64,000 bases of DNA from a virus (lineage: Duplodnaviria > Caudoviricetes): positions 1-64,000 of the IMG/VR virus record IMGVR_UViG_3300042890_004365, one strand, 5' to 3'. The first letter of the stretch is position 1. Each line of letters opens with the position of its first letter. The translations under genes and the position numbers were made by a program. The notes beneath the pieces are model-generated. The model saw nothing but the letters and a program-made list of their open reading frames with translations, searched no databases and had not been told where the DNA came from. Of the stretch, positions 30,847-40,273 are shown piece by piece.

Positions 30847-31575
30847 ATGAAATGGATCAAATTAAATGAAAGTTCCTTAAAATTAGGGAACGTAATGACT
30901 AAGAAATATGGTGAATTTAACTCAATAGATTGGTTAAATGGGAAAATTAAAAAATATATCGAAAGTATATATGAACCATTTGGTTTTAGATATGGTGTGA
31001 ATCAAGATTTAAACATAGAAGGTCAGATTATAAGTAGTGAATATATCAGTAAAATGGTAAATAACTATACCGTATTTAAAGTAATTATTAAGGAAAATTC
31101 TATTAGAACAGAAGCGGCATTTTATCACTTTATGACTAATAATATGAAAGAAATATATCACTGGGAAGGTAAATACTTTAAACGTATTACTTTACCTGTT
31201 TTAATCAATACTTCCAGAAGAGGAAATGTAGGAGAACAAGATTCTCTAAGATTCTTTAAACAATCATTACAAGAAAAGAAAGGAATTTCTGTAAACTTTA
31301 TTCCACCAACCGTTGAAGAAGATATTTCTGGAATTGATGGTAAATTTATTTGGTTAGGTAAAGAAGTAACTATTCAAGTTAAACCTTATGATAGAGCCGT
31401 TATTAGCGAATCAACAAGAAAAGTGAAAGTTCACTCACCAGGATCATTATCGTTGAATACAGACTACCTAGTCGTTTATAAAGGACAATCATTTATTATT
31501 GTAAGAGGTAAAGATGTTACAATAGAAGGAAATAACTTTACATTTCAAGAAGATAAAGTAGTAGCAAAAACATAA
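30847..31575 (+). CDS. PD-(D/E)xK-fold nuclease-like protein with leader
   Basis: RGNVGE...EDISGID...TIQVK pattern; starts MKWIKLNES. Confidence 0.6.
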   Translation: MKWIKLNESSLKLGNVMTKKYGEFNSIDWLNGKIKKYIESIYEPFGFRYGVNQDLNIEGQIISSEYISKMVNNYTVFKVIIKENSIRTEAAFYHFMTNNMKEIYHWEGKYFKRITLPVLINTSRRGNVGEQDSLRFFKQSLQEKKGISVNFIPPTVEEDISGIDGKFIWLGKEVTIQVKPYDRAVISESTRKVKVHSPGSLSLNTDYLVVYKGQSFIIVRGKDVTIEGNNFTFQEDKVVAKT

Positions 31576-31582
31576 AGTATAT

Positions 31583-31894
31583 ATGAAAAGAATTGATACA
31601 TTTAATAAGTTTAATGAAAGTGAAGACAATAAAAGGTTTGTAGGTCCTAATGGAGAGTTTCAACCTACGGAACAACCAAAAGAAGGAACTACTACTATAC
31701 AATTTATGGAGGAATTACTTGAATGGATATATTATCATGATAGTATGCCTTTTGAAGAAAAAATGAAATTCATAACTGGTATTGAAGAACAGATACAATT
31801 ACTTCTAAATGGTGATGGAGGTGGTGCTCCATTTGGTATGCCAATCAACTATATACCAACTTGGTCAACAAAACTAAAGAAAGATTTAGAATAA
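31583..31894 (+). CDS. Hypothetical protein with MKRIDTFNKFNES leader
   Basis: 103-aa ORF followed by a hairpin. Confidence 0.65.
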   Translation: MKRIDTFNKFNESEDNKRFVGPNGEFQPTEQPKEGTTTIQFMEELLEWIYYHDSMPFEEKMKFITGIEEQIQLLLNGDGGGAPFGMPINYIPTWSTKLKKDLE

Positions 31895-31924
31895 AAAATC
31901 CTCTCAATTTGAGAGGATTTTTTA

Positions 31925-33355
31925 TTAGAAGCCACCGAAGATGTCCATCACGACCGACAACCTTTTAGTTATTTCAGGTAAACCTAATGGTTCAATAATC
32001 GAATTAATTGGAGAAAGTATAGCTTTCGCGAACTGTTCGTCATAATCTATCTGCGGAGCGAACTCATGAGGAAAAGAGCCTCTCATATAAGCAAATTGAT
32101 CATTTACAGTTTTATCCTTACAAACATAATACTTAATCTTTGTACCCGATTTAATAAACTCATACTTCTGTTGTGCTGCTCTATCTAAATTTAATAGGTA
32201 ATTGTGATAAGCTGCGGCCTTGACTGCAAAGTGAGCACCATTTACATATCGTAAAGGTAAAATCTTATCATCAATAATTTTAGCATCATAGTTAGAACAA
32301 GAAGACTGCATCGCTATATCATCAATATCCGCCAACTCAAACTCTTTTCTAAGATTTTTAACTAACTTCAATAATTCTTTAATGTTGAATGTATCTGGAT
32401 TAGAAAATAAGTATCTTACAATATCTACAATCTTATCTCTTGCAAATAAAGGTGTAGATGATCTTACAAGTTCAACTCCTTTAGGGAATATATAACTCAT
32501 CGGATCAAAGTTGATACCATCTTCGTGTACAATATGTTGAATGTATTTCTTTTTAGCAATGTTTATAATTGATTCAGAAATCTTTTCTAACTCAAAATCT
32601 TCTTTATTCTCTACTCCAAATGAAGCAGCATAATTCTCTAAACATTGTTTGAAATATCCACCATATCTGAAATGGTCTAAACCTTGAATTAAGTCTAATT
32701 CACTAGTCCAATTCCATTTTATTTCCGATGTAAATACACCATCATTTATCATAGTATTAAGATTTCTATCTTTAATGAAATGACCATCAAATACTAATAG
32801 GTCATACGCATTACAAATTGTATCTTTTAGTTCACTAACTGAATGAACTACGGCAACACAATTTGGATTATTATGTCTTACTTTTTCTTTTGAAAGAACA
32901 ATAAACTTTTTATCAATCTTATCAACTTCACTTAAAACTAAATTCTCCCAATCACAATGATCAATTGCAGGTTTAAATGATACAAATAATGAGTCAGTAT
33001 CAGCATAAATACTAACATGTTCATTTTTATCAATTTGAGTAACATTTTTTATTCCTACTTTATCATGTACTTCAAAATCAAGATGCCATTGGTTATACCA
33101 ATAATCTTCATTTACTCTATCCATTGTTTTTGTAAGGTCACGACCTTGTGCCGTTATTGTACCTGCTACGTGATTATTATATAATATGAAGTAAGCCGTT
33201 GCAAAAGCTCCGTAAGATCCATTTAATACTAATTTTAATGCGGTTTGCATTGCATTATAGTACTCAACATCTTTTTTAAGTTGAACTGCTTGTATTTTAA
33301 GTTGTTCTATTTTTATTTTTTTCTCTTCTTTTGTCATAGAAATTATATCATTCAT
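31925..33355 (-). CDS. Family B DNA polymerase, C-terminal half (split gp43)
   Basis: Motif B QTALKLVLNGSYG, motif C YADTDS, AKKKY, KGVELVRSSTP. Exonuclease domain and motif A are absent. Confidence 0.9.
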   Translation of the reverse strand: MNDIISMTKEEKKIKIEQLKIQAVQLKKDVEYYNAMQTALKLVLNGSYGAFATAYFILYNNHVAGTITAQGRDLTKTMDRVNEDYWYNQWHLDFEVHDKVGIKNVTQIDKNEHVSIYADTDSLFVSFKPAIDHCDWENLVLSEVDKIDKKFIVLSKEKVRHNNPNCVAVVHSVSELKDTICNAYDLLVFDGHFIKDRNLNTMINDGVFTSEIKWNWTSELDLIQGLDHFRYGGYFKQCLENYAASFGVENKEDFELEKISESIINIAKKKYIQHIVHEDGINFDPMSYIFPKGVELVRSSTPLFARDKIVDIVRYLFSNPDTFNIKELLKLVKNLRKEFELADIDDIAMQSSCSNYDAKIIDDKILPLRYVNGAHFAVKAAAYHNYLLNLDRAAQQKYEFIKSGTKIKYYVCKDKTVNDQFAYMRGSFPHEFAPQIDYDEQFAKAILSPINSIIEPLGLPEITKRLSVVMDIFGGF

Positions 33356-33388
33356 AATAGAAAAGTTTTTAAATAAAAAAGAAGAACA

Positions 33389-33922
33389 TTAGTTCTTCTT
33401 TTTTGGTTTTAATATCATAAGCCATTTACTAGATTCCAATTTAGGAACGTTTTCTGCAGATCCAAACTCTTCAAGTAAGGTAGCAAATTTTAACATTACT
33501 AATTGTCCTCTATCTGGATTACCTTTTTGTCTTCCTTTTAATTGAATAACACATTTTACCTTGTCATTATCTAATAAGAACTCTTTACCTTTTTTAGCTT
33601 TAATCTCTAAATCGTGATCTGAAATCTCACAAGAAAGTTTTATTTCTTTTAATTCTGATTTTATGGCATTTTTCTTTTGTTCTTTTAACATTTTCTCAAT
33701 GTTATAAAGGAACTTACCATAGTCTTCAATTTTGGCAATAGGTGGATCTTGGTTCTCATTGATTAAAATAAGATCTTTACCTTCTTCATCAGCAAGACGA
33801 AGTGCTTCTTTAGTTCTCATTACTTCCGGTGCTGCACCGGTAACGATTAGTCTAACCTCAAATGACTTAATTTCGTCATTTATTTTGTGTTTTCTTTTGT
33901 TGTTTGGTTGTTTTCTATTCAA
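33389..33922 (-). CDS. infC: Translation initiation factor IF-3
   Basis: INDEIKSFEVRLI, PPIAKIEDYGKFLY, LKEIKLS, HDLEIK, KVKCVIQLKGR motifs; UUG start. Confidence 0.93.
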   Translation of the reverse strand: MNRKQPNNKRKHKINDEIKSFEVRLIVTGAAPEVMRTKEALRLADEEGKDLILINENQDPPIAKIEDYGKFLYNIEKMLKEQKKNAIKSELKEIKLSCEISDHDLEIKAKKGKEFLLDNDKVKCVIQLKGRQKGNPDRGQLVMLKFATLLEEFGSAENVPKLESSKWLMILKPKKKN

Positions 33923-34098
33923 GGTTTGAATAATTTAATTATTTTTATTTGTCGGTTTATATATTTATTATTAAAATCATAAGAATTCTTTTTACAGATT
34001 TCCCACCATTTACTTTTTTTTCTAAATGATTCAAGTGGTATTTTGATAACAAATCTAAAATTATCATCAATTATACTCCAATTTATCTTATTGGCCAT
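33919..34098 (-). CDS. Small hypothetical protein coupled to infC
   Basis: Its UGA overlaps the infC UUG. TAAAC-N17-TATAA box at 34104-34130 favours the second Met as start. Confidence 0.5.
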   Translation of the reverse strand: MANKINWSIIDDNFRFVIKIPLESFRKKSKWWEICKKNSYDFNNKYINRQIKIIKLFKP

Positions 34099-34140
34099 AT
34101 CCATTATATTTTTAATAGTTAGAAAGTTTATATATACTTT

Positions 34141-34566
34141 ATGAAATATATTAAACTTTTTGAGGACCTATTTGAAGATAATCTTCAAGACTTTTGTGAC
34201 ACTTATCTGGCTTATCTAAAAGACGAAGGATTTAATATTTATATTAATAGTGCGGGGTGGAAAGATGGTGAAATAACTATTTCACATCCTTGTGATAGTT
34301 ACAATCCGTTTCGCAGAATAGATTTTATGCTTGACGATTTTTCTTGGAATGAAGTTAAGGACCACATTATTCCTTTTTTACAAATGTTATATAAAGAGTA
34401 TAATTATGATAAATCAACCGATAAAATACTATTTTTTACATCAAATGCCAAATATATTACTAAATCATTTGATGATGTTGTAAGTGATAAGATCTTTCCT
34501 GTAACAAACATGCCAATCAATAAAAGTATAAAAAAGATAATTATCAAAAAACCTTCTGAAAATTAA
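34141..34566 (+). CDS. Hypothetical protein with MKYIKLFE leader; paralog of 4446-5258
   Basis: YLAYLKDEGF...FSWNEVKDHIIPFLQMLYKEY. Confidence 0.7.
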   Translation: MKYIKLFEDLFEDNLQDFCDTYLAYLKDEGFNIYINSAGWKDGEITISHPCDSYNPFRRIDFMLDDFSWNEVKDHIIPFLQMLYKEYNYDKSTDKILFFTSNAKYITKSFDDVVSDKIFPVTNMPINKSIKKIIIKKPSEN

Positions 34567-35342
34567 TCATCAGAGAAGTCTTGTTCAAAGCTCAACATCA
34601 AATTTGAGTTTTCATCTTTTATCAACATAAAGTTATCAAAGATAATAAATTCTATATTCTCCATCTTATCATTTATACAACCTAAAAATCTTTTATTTAA
34701 AATTAAACTAGCAGTTCTATCATCGTTTAAATTATCGACTTCTAATTCCCAAGAAGATTTCTCTGATAAAGTAACAACTCCTTTAACAACGTCCATATTT
34801 ATGATTCTCTCGCCATTTATACCAGATAACTTTTTAATGTCTAAGAAATCACTATTAGGAATATTAAAAGTCCATTTTTTATTTCTAACATCTAATCGTT
34901 GAGCCAATGCTGCTTTACCAATATCTCTTATTGTTCCTCCTTCACCACCTAACCAGTTTACTTTAAACTTACCAGAAGATACTTGAAGACCTCTAGCTAA
35001 ATATAATGAATCATCATCTGGTGATTCCTTATAAGAAACATCAAAACCTATTTTATCCATATCTTTTATGAATGCTAAGTTTTTAACAAATCTTTTGGCA
35101 GAAGGAATTATTATGTCTAATGAAAAATCTTCCATATCATTATCAAAGTAGTCTTTTGTAGGTAAAAGAAAGTTTTTGAATGCCAAAATAACATTACCAC
35201 CACCTAACATTGCATACATTAAAATATTTTCATTATCTATCTTTAATTTAACGGTGTCATCAATGGATGCTACGGTATTTAACTTCTCAACGAAGTCACT
35301 AAACATATTTGGTACTACTTTTAACTTTACTTTTCCTGCCAT
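34563..35342 (-). CDS. Probable sliding clamp (gp45/PCNA-like)
   Basis: Size, alternating alpha/beta pattern, location near the polymerase and same promoter class as the replication genes. Confidence 0.5.
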   Translation of the reverse strand: MAGKVKLKVVPNMFSDFVEKLNTVASIDDTVKLKIDNENILMYAMLGGGNVILAFKNFLLPTKDYFDNDMEDFSLDIIIPSAKRFVKNLAFIKDMDKIGFDVSYKESPDDDSLYLARGLQVSSGKFKVNWLGGEGGTIRDIGKAALAQRLDVRNKKWTFNIPNSDFLDIKKLSGINGERIINMDVVKGVVTLSEKSSWELEVDNLNDDRTASLILNKRFLGCINDKMENIEFIIFDNFMLIKDENSNLMLSFEQDFSDD

Positions 35343-35412
35343 ATTTAATTTAATTATTAGAGATTATATGAAAAAGTTGATTTTTTGTTTAATAGTTTTT
35401 AATATATAATTT

Positions 35413-36384
35413 ATGATTAAAAACTGGAACCAATTTATCAACGAGAATGTCACTAACCCAGATAGTTATTTAGACATGAGAATGCAAGAAATCAAAGATT
35501 TACTTGACAACACTGAAAATAGTGATACACTTATATATGAGTGGGAGAATAAAGATGACCATGAGTTGTTTATAAATTTTTCTGCAAATGGTATGAACGT
35601 TAGATATGAATTTGACATTGATGATATGAAAGTTACTAAAATTGCAAATGATGTACACGACTTTACTGAAGAAGTTGAATCAATGGAAGAAGGAGTTGAA
35701 ATGATTGAAAAAGATATTCACTCTATATTGGGTATATCTGAAAGTAAAGTAAATGAAGCAATCGTTGATTACAAAAATGATTCCATAGATGGTTTAATGG
35801 GAGAAATCAATACATATCCGAGACACCATAGATTTCAAATACCGGAACTGACTGCACTTGGAGCAGAGTATGATATAGAGATTGTAGATTATAATACTTT
35901 CTTAAATGATTTACCAGAAAGGGATAAAGCAACTGTACCACCAAGATCATCTCAGTTTTTTGCATTAGTAAATCCAGTTACAAAAAGACCTAGAGTTGTT
36001 TTAAATTTACCAATGCCTTTTATACCAAAAGACTTCTTTGACCAAGTTCCACTTGGTGATATACTTAAACATGAACAAATACACGTTGGACAACATTCTA
36101 GAAGACCTAATATAGATATGCCTTTACCAGAACCAAAAGATCAGAAAAAATATTTCTCTAATAAAGATGAAGTTATGGCATTTGCATTTTCAATTGCCAA
36201 AGAAGTAGTTACTATGTTTCCAACAATCACAACTCCTAAAGAAGGAATAGATAAACTTACACAAAATTCAAGTAGATTTAGATTATATGTTGATATTAAA
36301 AGAAATGTTGATCCATTTATCTTAAAAAGATACCACAAATATATCTACTTATATTTAGAAGACTTATTGAAAACCGAAGAATAA
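35413..36384 (+). CDS. Zincin-like metallopeptidase domain protein with leader
   Basis: LKHEQIHVGQ (HExxH) and YFSNKDEVMAFA; starts MIKNWNQFINE. Confidence 0.7.
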   Translation: MIKNWNQFINENVTNPDSYLDMRMQEIKDLLDNTENSDTLIYEWENKDDHELFINFSANGMNVRYEFDIDDMKVTKIANDVHDFTEEVESMEEGVEMIEKDIHSILGISESKVNEAIVDYKNDSIDGLMGEINTYPRHHRFQIPELTALGAEYDIEIVDYNTFLNDLPERDKATVPPRSSQFFALVNPVTKRPRVVLNLPMPFIPKDFFDQVPLGDILKHEQIHVGQHSRRPNIDMPLPEPKDQKKYFSNKDEVMAFAFSIAKEVVTMFPTITTPKEGIDKLTQNSSRFRLYVDIKRNVDPFILKRYHKYIYLYLEDLLKTEE

Positions 36385-36650
36385 TGAAACACTTAAACTT
36401 ATTTGAAGAATTCAATTTTGATATTGAACCATTTGATGTTCATGGTAATGACCTTGAAGCTATTATCGATGACCAAGATTTTTCATTTAAAGTAATAGAT
36501 GGTGAAGTTAGTTTCTCAAGTGATGATGACTATGAAAGAGCATTTGAAATGGGTATTGAACTGGATGATGAGTTAAAATCTTATATACTTGATGAGTATA
36601 ATAAGATGTTAAGTAAAACTAGAATGAAAAGATTTGGTTTCTTTAAATAG
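36384..36650 (+). CDS. Small acidic hypothetical protein with MKHLNLFEEF leader
   Basis: Start overlaps the upstream stop (TAATG). Confidence 0.65.
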   Translation: MKHLNLFEEFNFDIEPFDVHGNDLEAIIDDQDFSFKVIDGEVSFSSDDDYERAFEMGIELDDELKSYILDEYNKMLSKTRMKRFGFFK

Positions 36651-36977
36651 TTAAAGCATTTCACTTACATTATCTCTTATAAACTTTTCAATTTCTTTTA
36701 ATTTCCTTCTGGACGTTTTTACATCAAGTTGTATTCTCCAATTACCTACTTTATTTTCATCATCTTCAGTAATTTCTCTTACATCTAATTTTAATTCAAG
36801 TAACTCTTCAAATAACTCAGGTTTTGAAAGTAAATCTTCTTTAGTAAATGCTTTATTTAACTTAGGAAATACATAATCACCATTTTCATTAGGTTCAGTA
36901 ATATCCCCTTTTTGTAGAATTATTTCTTCACCAAATCCGGTATTTAATATAAAGTCGTTTATTAGTCTAAATTTCAT
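36651..36977 (-). CDS. Hypothetical protein
   Basis: 108-aa ORF with TAAAC-N17-TATAA box ending 5 nt upstream. Confidence 0.65.
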   Translation of the reverse strand: MKFRLINDFILNTGFGEEIILQKGDITEPNENGDYVFPKLNKAFTKEDLLSKPELFEELLELKLDVREITEDDENKVGNWRIQLDVKTSRRKLKEIEKFIRDNVSEML

Positions 36978-36982
36978 AATGA

Positions 36983-37034
36983 TTATATCAAAGTTGATAA
37001 CTTTGTTTAAACTAATTTACATTTTCATGTATAA
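36983..37034. promoter_or_regulatory. Back-to-back TAAAC-N17-TATAA promoters sharing the palindrome GTTTAAAC
   Basis: TTATA 36983-87 with GTTTA 37005-09 (minus) and TAAAC 37008-12 with TATAA 37030-34 (plus). Confidence 0.6.
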
Positions 37035-37059
37035 CATAAGAACATTAAAAATATCTAAA

Positions 37060-38130
37060 ATGAAATTAAACAAAAAGTTTTTAAAAGAGTACTTGAATAG
37101 TACTTCTCCAACAGGGTTTGAGTATGAATTAGGTGGACAAAAAGTTTGGATGGACAATATTGAAAAGTATGTCGATTCGGTAGAACTTGATAATTATGGT
37201 ACTGCTTATGGTGTTACCGGTAATTTAGAGTCTGACTTTAAAGTTGTTATCGAAGCACACTCTGATGAAATCAGTTGGTTTGTAAACTACATTGACTCAA
37301 AAGGATATATTAGAGTTATTAGAAATGGTGGCTCTGACGTACAAATTGCTCCTTCTATGAGAGTAAATCTATGGGGTGAAAAGGGTGCCGTTACAGGTGT
37401 CTTTGGACATCCAGCGATACATATCTCTGATAGAAAGAAAGAGGTTGATTTAAACTCAATTTTTATCGATATTGGTGCTTCTTCAAAAGAAGATGTTGCT
37501 AAAATGGGTATTAAAGTTGGTACAGTAGTTACTTTTAAAGATGAGTTGATGAAACTTGGTAACGATTACTACTCTGGTAGAGCTCTTGACAACAGAATTG
37601 GTGGTTTTATGATTGCCGAGGTTGCAAGAAAATTGAAAGAGAAAGGTAAAAAACTACCATTTAAACTTTACATTGTTAATTCTGTTCAAGAAGAAATTGG
37701 ATTACGTGGTGCTGAAATGATTGCACACACAATTAAACCAAATGTTGCTATTGTAACTGATGTTTGTCATGAAACATCATCACCTTGTTATACCGCAAGT
37801 AAACAAGGAGATCACATTGCTGGTGATGGAGGTGTTATTACAAGAGGTCCTGCAGTTCATAATAAATTGAGAAAATTGATTTTGGATACCGCAACGGCTA
37901 AAAAAATCCCTCACCAGTTAGCAGCATCTTCAAGATCAACTGGAACAGATACTGATGCGTTTGCTTATGCAAATGGTGGTACTCCTTCGGCACTTATTTC
38001 ACTGCCATTGAAATATATGCACACAACGACTGAGACTGTTCATAAGAATGATATTAAAAATGTTATAGAGTTGATTTATGAGACTCTTCTAAATATTGAA
38101 GAGAATCATAATTTTAAATACAACTCTTAA
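37060..38130 (+). CDS. M42 family aminopeptidase
   Basis: EAHSDEI, RALDNRIG, QEEIGLRGA, TDVCH, TGTDTD, YMHT motifs; start moved to MKLNKK. Confidence 0.92.
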   Translation: MKLNKKFLKEYLNSTSPTGFEYELGGQKVWMDNIEKYVDSVELDNYGTAYGVTGNLESDFKVVIEAHSDEISWFVNYIDSKGYIRVIRNGGSDVQIAPSMRVNLWGEKGAVTGVFGHPAIHISDRKKEVDLNSIFIDIGASSKEDVAKMGIKVGTVVTFKDELMKLGNDYYSGRALDNRIGGFMIAEVARKLKEKGKKLPFKLYIVNSVQEEIGLRGAEMIAHTIKPNVAIVTDVCHETSSPCYTASKQGDHIAGDGGVITRGPAVHNKLRKLILDTATAKKIPHQLAASSRSTGTDTDAFAYANGGTPSALISLPLKYMHTTTETVHKNDIKNVIELIYETLLNIEENHNFKYNS

Positions 38131-38182
38131 AAAACAACCCATCTTTTTAAAAAGATGGGTTTTTTATTTAATATATAGTAGT

Positions 38183-39247
38183 ATGATTAGTAAGTACAAC
38201 CAATTTTTAATAAACGAATCTAAACTTATACTAGAAGCATTTTTAAGTGCAGATACAAGTTTTTTATCTAAATTAGATAAAATTTCAAGACAGTCAAATT
38301 TTTCCTCTACAATTGCGGATATGCTTTTATCAAGAATTAATGATAAAGACTGGGTTTCTGAGGTGGATCTAAAACAAGATTTCTTTAAAACAACTGATGA
38401 TAAAGACAAAGTATCTTTTATTCAAACAAATAGAGTAAAAGATGATGTAGATCCATATACAATGGCTGGTAGAAGTGATCTTAAAGTTGGTAGAGCTATA
38501 AAATATATAGCAAAAGATTTATATGACATTAAAATCACTGATAAACAAATAGAAGATTTTGTAAATGTTTATAAATCAATTGCAGATGAAGGAGAAGATG
38601 ATTTTAGATTTTATGTTGGTGATGAAATAAAATCAGGTTATATCGAAAAAAACTACTCTGATGCAAATTATGGAACTCTTGGTAGTTCTTGTATGACCGG
38701 ACATCCATCATTTCTTAAAATATACACTAAAAATGAAAAGAAAGTTAGATTACTAGTTCTTCTCGAAGATGGTAAAATATGTGGTAGAGCTTTAGTTTGG
38801 AAATTAGATAAATCTCCTTGTGATGCAGAATATTTTATGGATAGGGTTTATACAAACCGTGATTACGAAGTAAATAAATTTACACAATATGCTGAGAAAA
38901 ATGGTTGGTTATACAAACAAAGTATGACTTGTGGTGATTCTTGGGCAGTAAAGTTTAAATATAATAGGAAAGAAGTATTAGGAGAAATATCTGTTAAGAT
39001 AGATGGTAAACATCCTAAATATCCTTATATGGATACCTTATTTTGTTTAAATAAAGATAAAGATGAACTTTCTAATGTTCCTTCTTGGAAATGTTATAGA
39101 TTATGGGACACCGATGGTGATCGTGAAAGATGTGATGATTGTGATGGTAAGTCAAAAAATAAAAATCTATGTTATGGTTGTTCTGAAGGTGTAATGGTTT
39201 TAAAACAAGCAGGTATTGAAATAGACGTTGAGAAAGGAAGAAGTTGA
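38183..39247 (+). CDS. Phage 'SCM' family protein (late copy, with leader); paralog of 51438-52580
   Basis: GTLGSSCM, GRALVW, FMDRVY, YPYMDT motifs; start moved to MISKYNQFLINES. Confidence 0.7.
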   Translation: MISKYNQFLINESKLILEAFLSADTSFLSKLDKISRQSNFSSTIADMLLSRINDKDWVSEVDLKQDFFKTTDDKDKVSFIQTNRVKDDVDPYTMAGRSDLKVGRAIKYIAKDLYDIKITDKQIEDFVNVYKSIADEGEDDFRFYVGDEIKSGYIEKNYSDANYGTLGSSCMTGHPSFLKIYTKNEKKVRLLVLLEDGKICGRALVWKLDKSPCDAEYFMDRVYTNRDYEVNKFTQYAEKNGWLYKQSMTCGDSWAVKFKYNRKEVLGEISVKIDGKHPKYPYMDTLFCLNKDKDELSNVPSWKCYRLWDTDGDRERCDDCDGKSKNKNLCYGCSEGVMVLKQAGIEIDVEKGRS

Positions 39248-39266
39248 AGCATAAATATTCTTGTCA

Positions 39267-39761
39267 TTACTTTCCTAAATAATTCATCAATTCAATCATA
39301 TTCTTAACTGCAAATCCTAATGATTCAAGATTTTTAACAGTATCTCTCATATAAGAAATATAAGCTTCTATAATTTCTAATGCTCTATCATTTTCCGCTA
39401 AGTGACCATCAATTAAAATACCCTTTTCTCCCATATTTGTTTTAACACCAAATCCTGTAGCATAAAAAATAAACTTATCTTGTTTAAGTTTTTTAATTTT
39501 AGTCATTTCTCTACTTCGTTTATTTAAAAAGAAGTTTATTTGTTCATTTAACATTTGTCTATATGAAAGTGCGATAGCTTGTGTATCTAATATCACCTTA
39601 GAATTTGTTGGGTTTGCTAAGTCTAATGATAAAGATTTAAAAAGTGGATCAACATTTTTACTCCACTCTGATCTTTTATCATTAAAGTATTCTTCTAACT
39701 TATCGTTAGTTTCTTTAGCTTTAGTAATTCTATCAATTTCTTCTTGACTAAATAAATTCAT
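39267..39761 (-). CDS. UvsY-like recombination mediator
   Basis: All-helical 164 aa; C-terminal LGFAVKNMIE resembles the UvsY GFxIKNxIE motif. Confidence 0.55.
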   Translation of the reverse strand: MNLFSQEEIDRITKAKETNDKLEEYFNDKRSEWSKNVDPLFKSLSLDLANPTNSKVILDTQAIALSYRQMLNEQINFFLNKRSREMTKIKKLKQDKFIFYATGFGVKTNMGEKGILIDGHLAENDRALEIIEAYISYMRDTVKNLESLGFAVKNMIELMNYLGK

Positions 39762-39762
39762 A

Positions 39763-40164
39763 TTAAATATCCATTTTTTTTAATTTATAACCTCTTAACA
39801 AACCTTTTTGATTAGTATTTGTGAATGTATTATTTATTAAATCTCCAACTGTCTTTTCGAGATTATCTTGAATATATTCTTCAAAAATATTTGTCCATTT
39901 TTCCACTAACTCAGTATCTTCAACTACGATATTATCCATATTAGAAAAAATATCAATACATTTATTTCGATTATCTATTACAATTGTAAAGTCTGATATA
40001 TAAAGTCCATTTTTTGAGAAACTAATTTCTGTCTCTTCTTGCTGTTCAACTTTAATATTTAAGTAGTAATGTCTGTAGCCATACTTCATCTTTTTTGATA
40101 GTGTAATATCTTCACTCTCGATATTATTAAAAAGATGTGTTAAAAAGCTGTCTAATTCGTTCAT
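39763..40164 (-). CDS. Hypothetical protein
   Basis: 133-aa ORF upstream of uvsY-like; TAAAC-N18-TATAA box at 40213-40240. Confidence 0.65.
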   Translation of the reverse strand: MNELDSFLTHLFNNIESEDITLSKKMKYGYRHYYLNIKVEQQEETEISFSKNGLYISDFTIVIDNRNKCIDIFSNMDNIVVEDTELVEKWTNIFEEYIQDNLEKTVGDLINNTFTNTNQKGLLRGYKLKKMDI

Positions 40165-40244
40165 TCATAGGCCATTATTTTTTAATTCCTAATTAAGGAG
40201 TTAAACTTCAACTTATATGAAATACTAACATGTTAGTTTAAAAG

Positions 40245-40271
40245 AAAAAACCTCACTAAGTGAGGTTTTTT
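40245..40271. terminator. Intrinsic terminator
   Basis: A6, CCTCACT-A-AGTGAGG, T6. Confidence 0.75.
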
Positions 40272-40273
40272 AA

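Noticed and set aside
32700-32960. Intein in the polymerase insertion
   Set aside because: No intein block motifs and no C-terminal HN followed by C/S/T.
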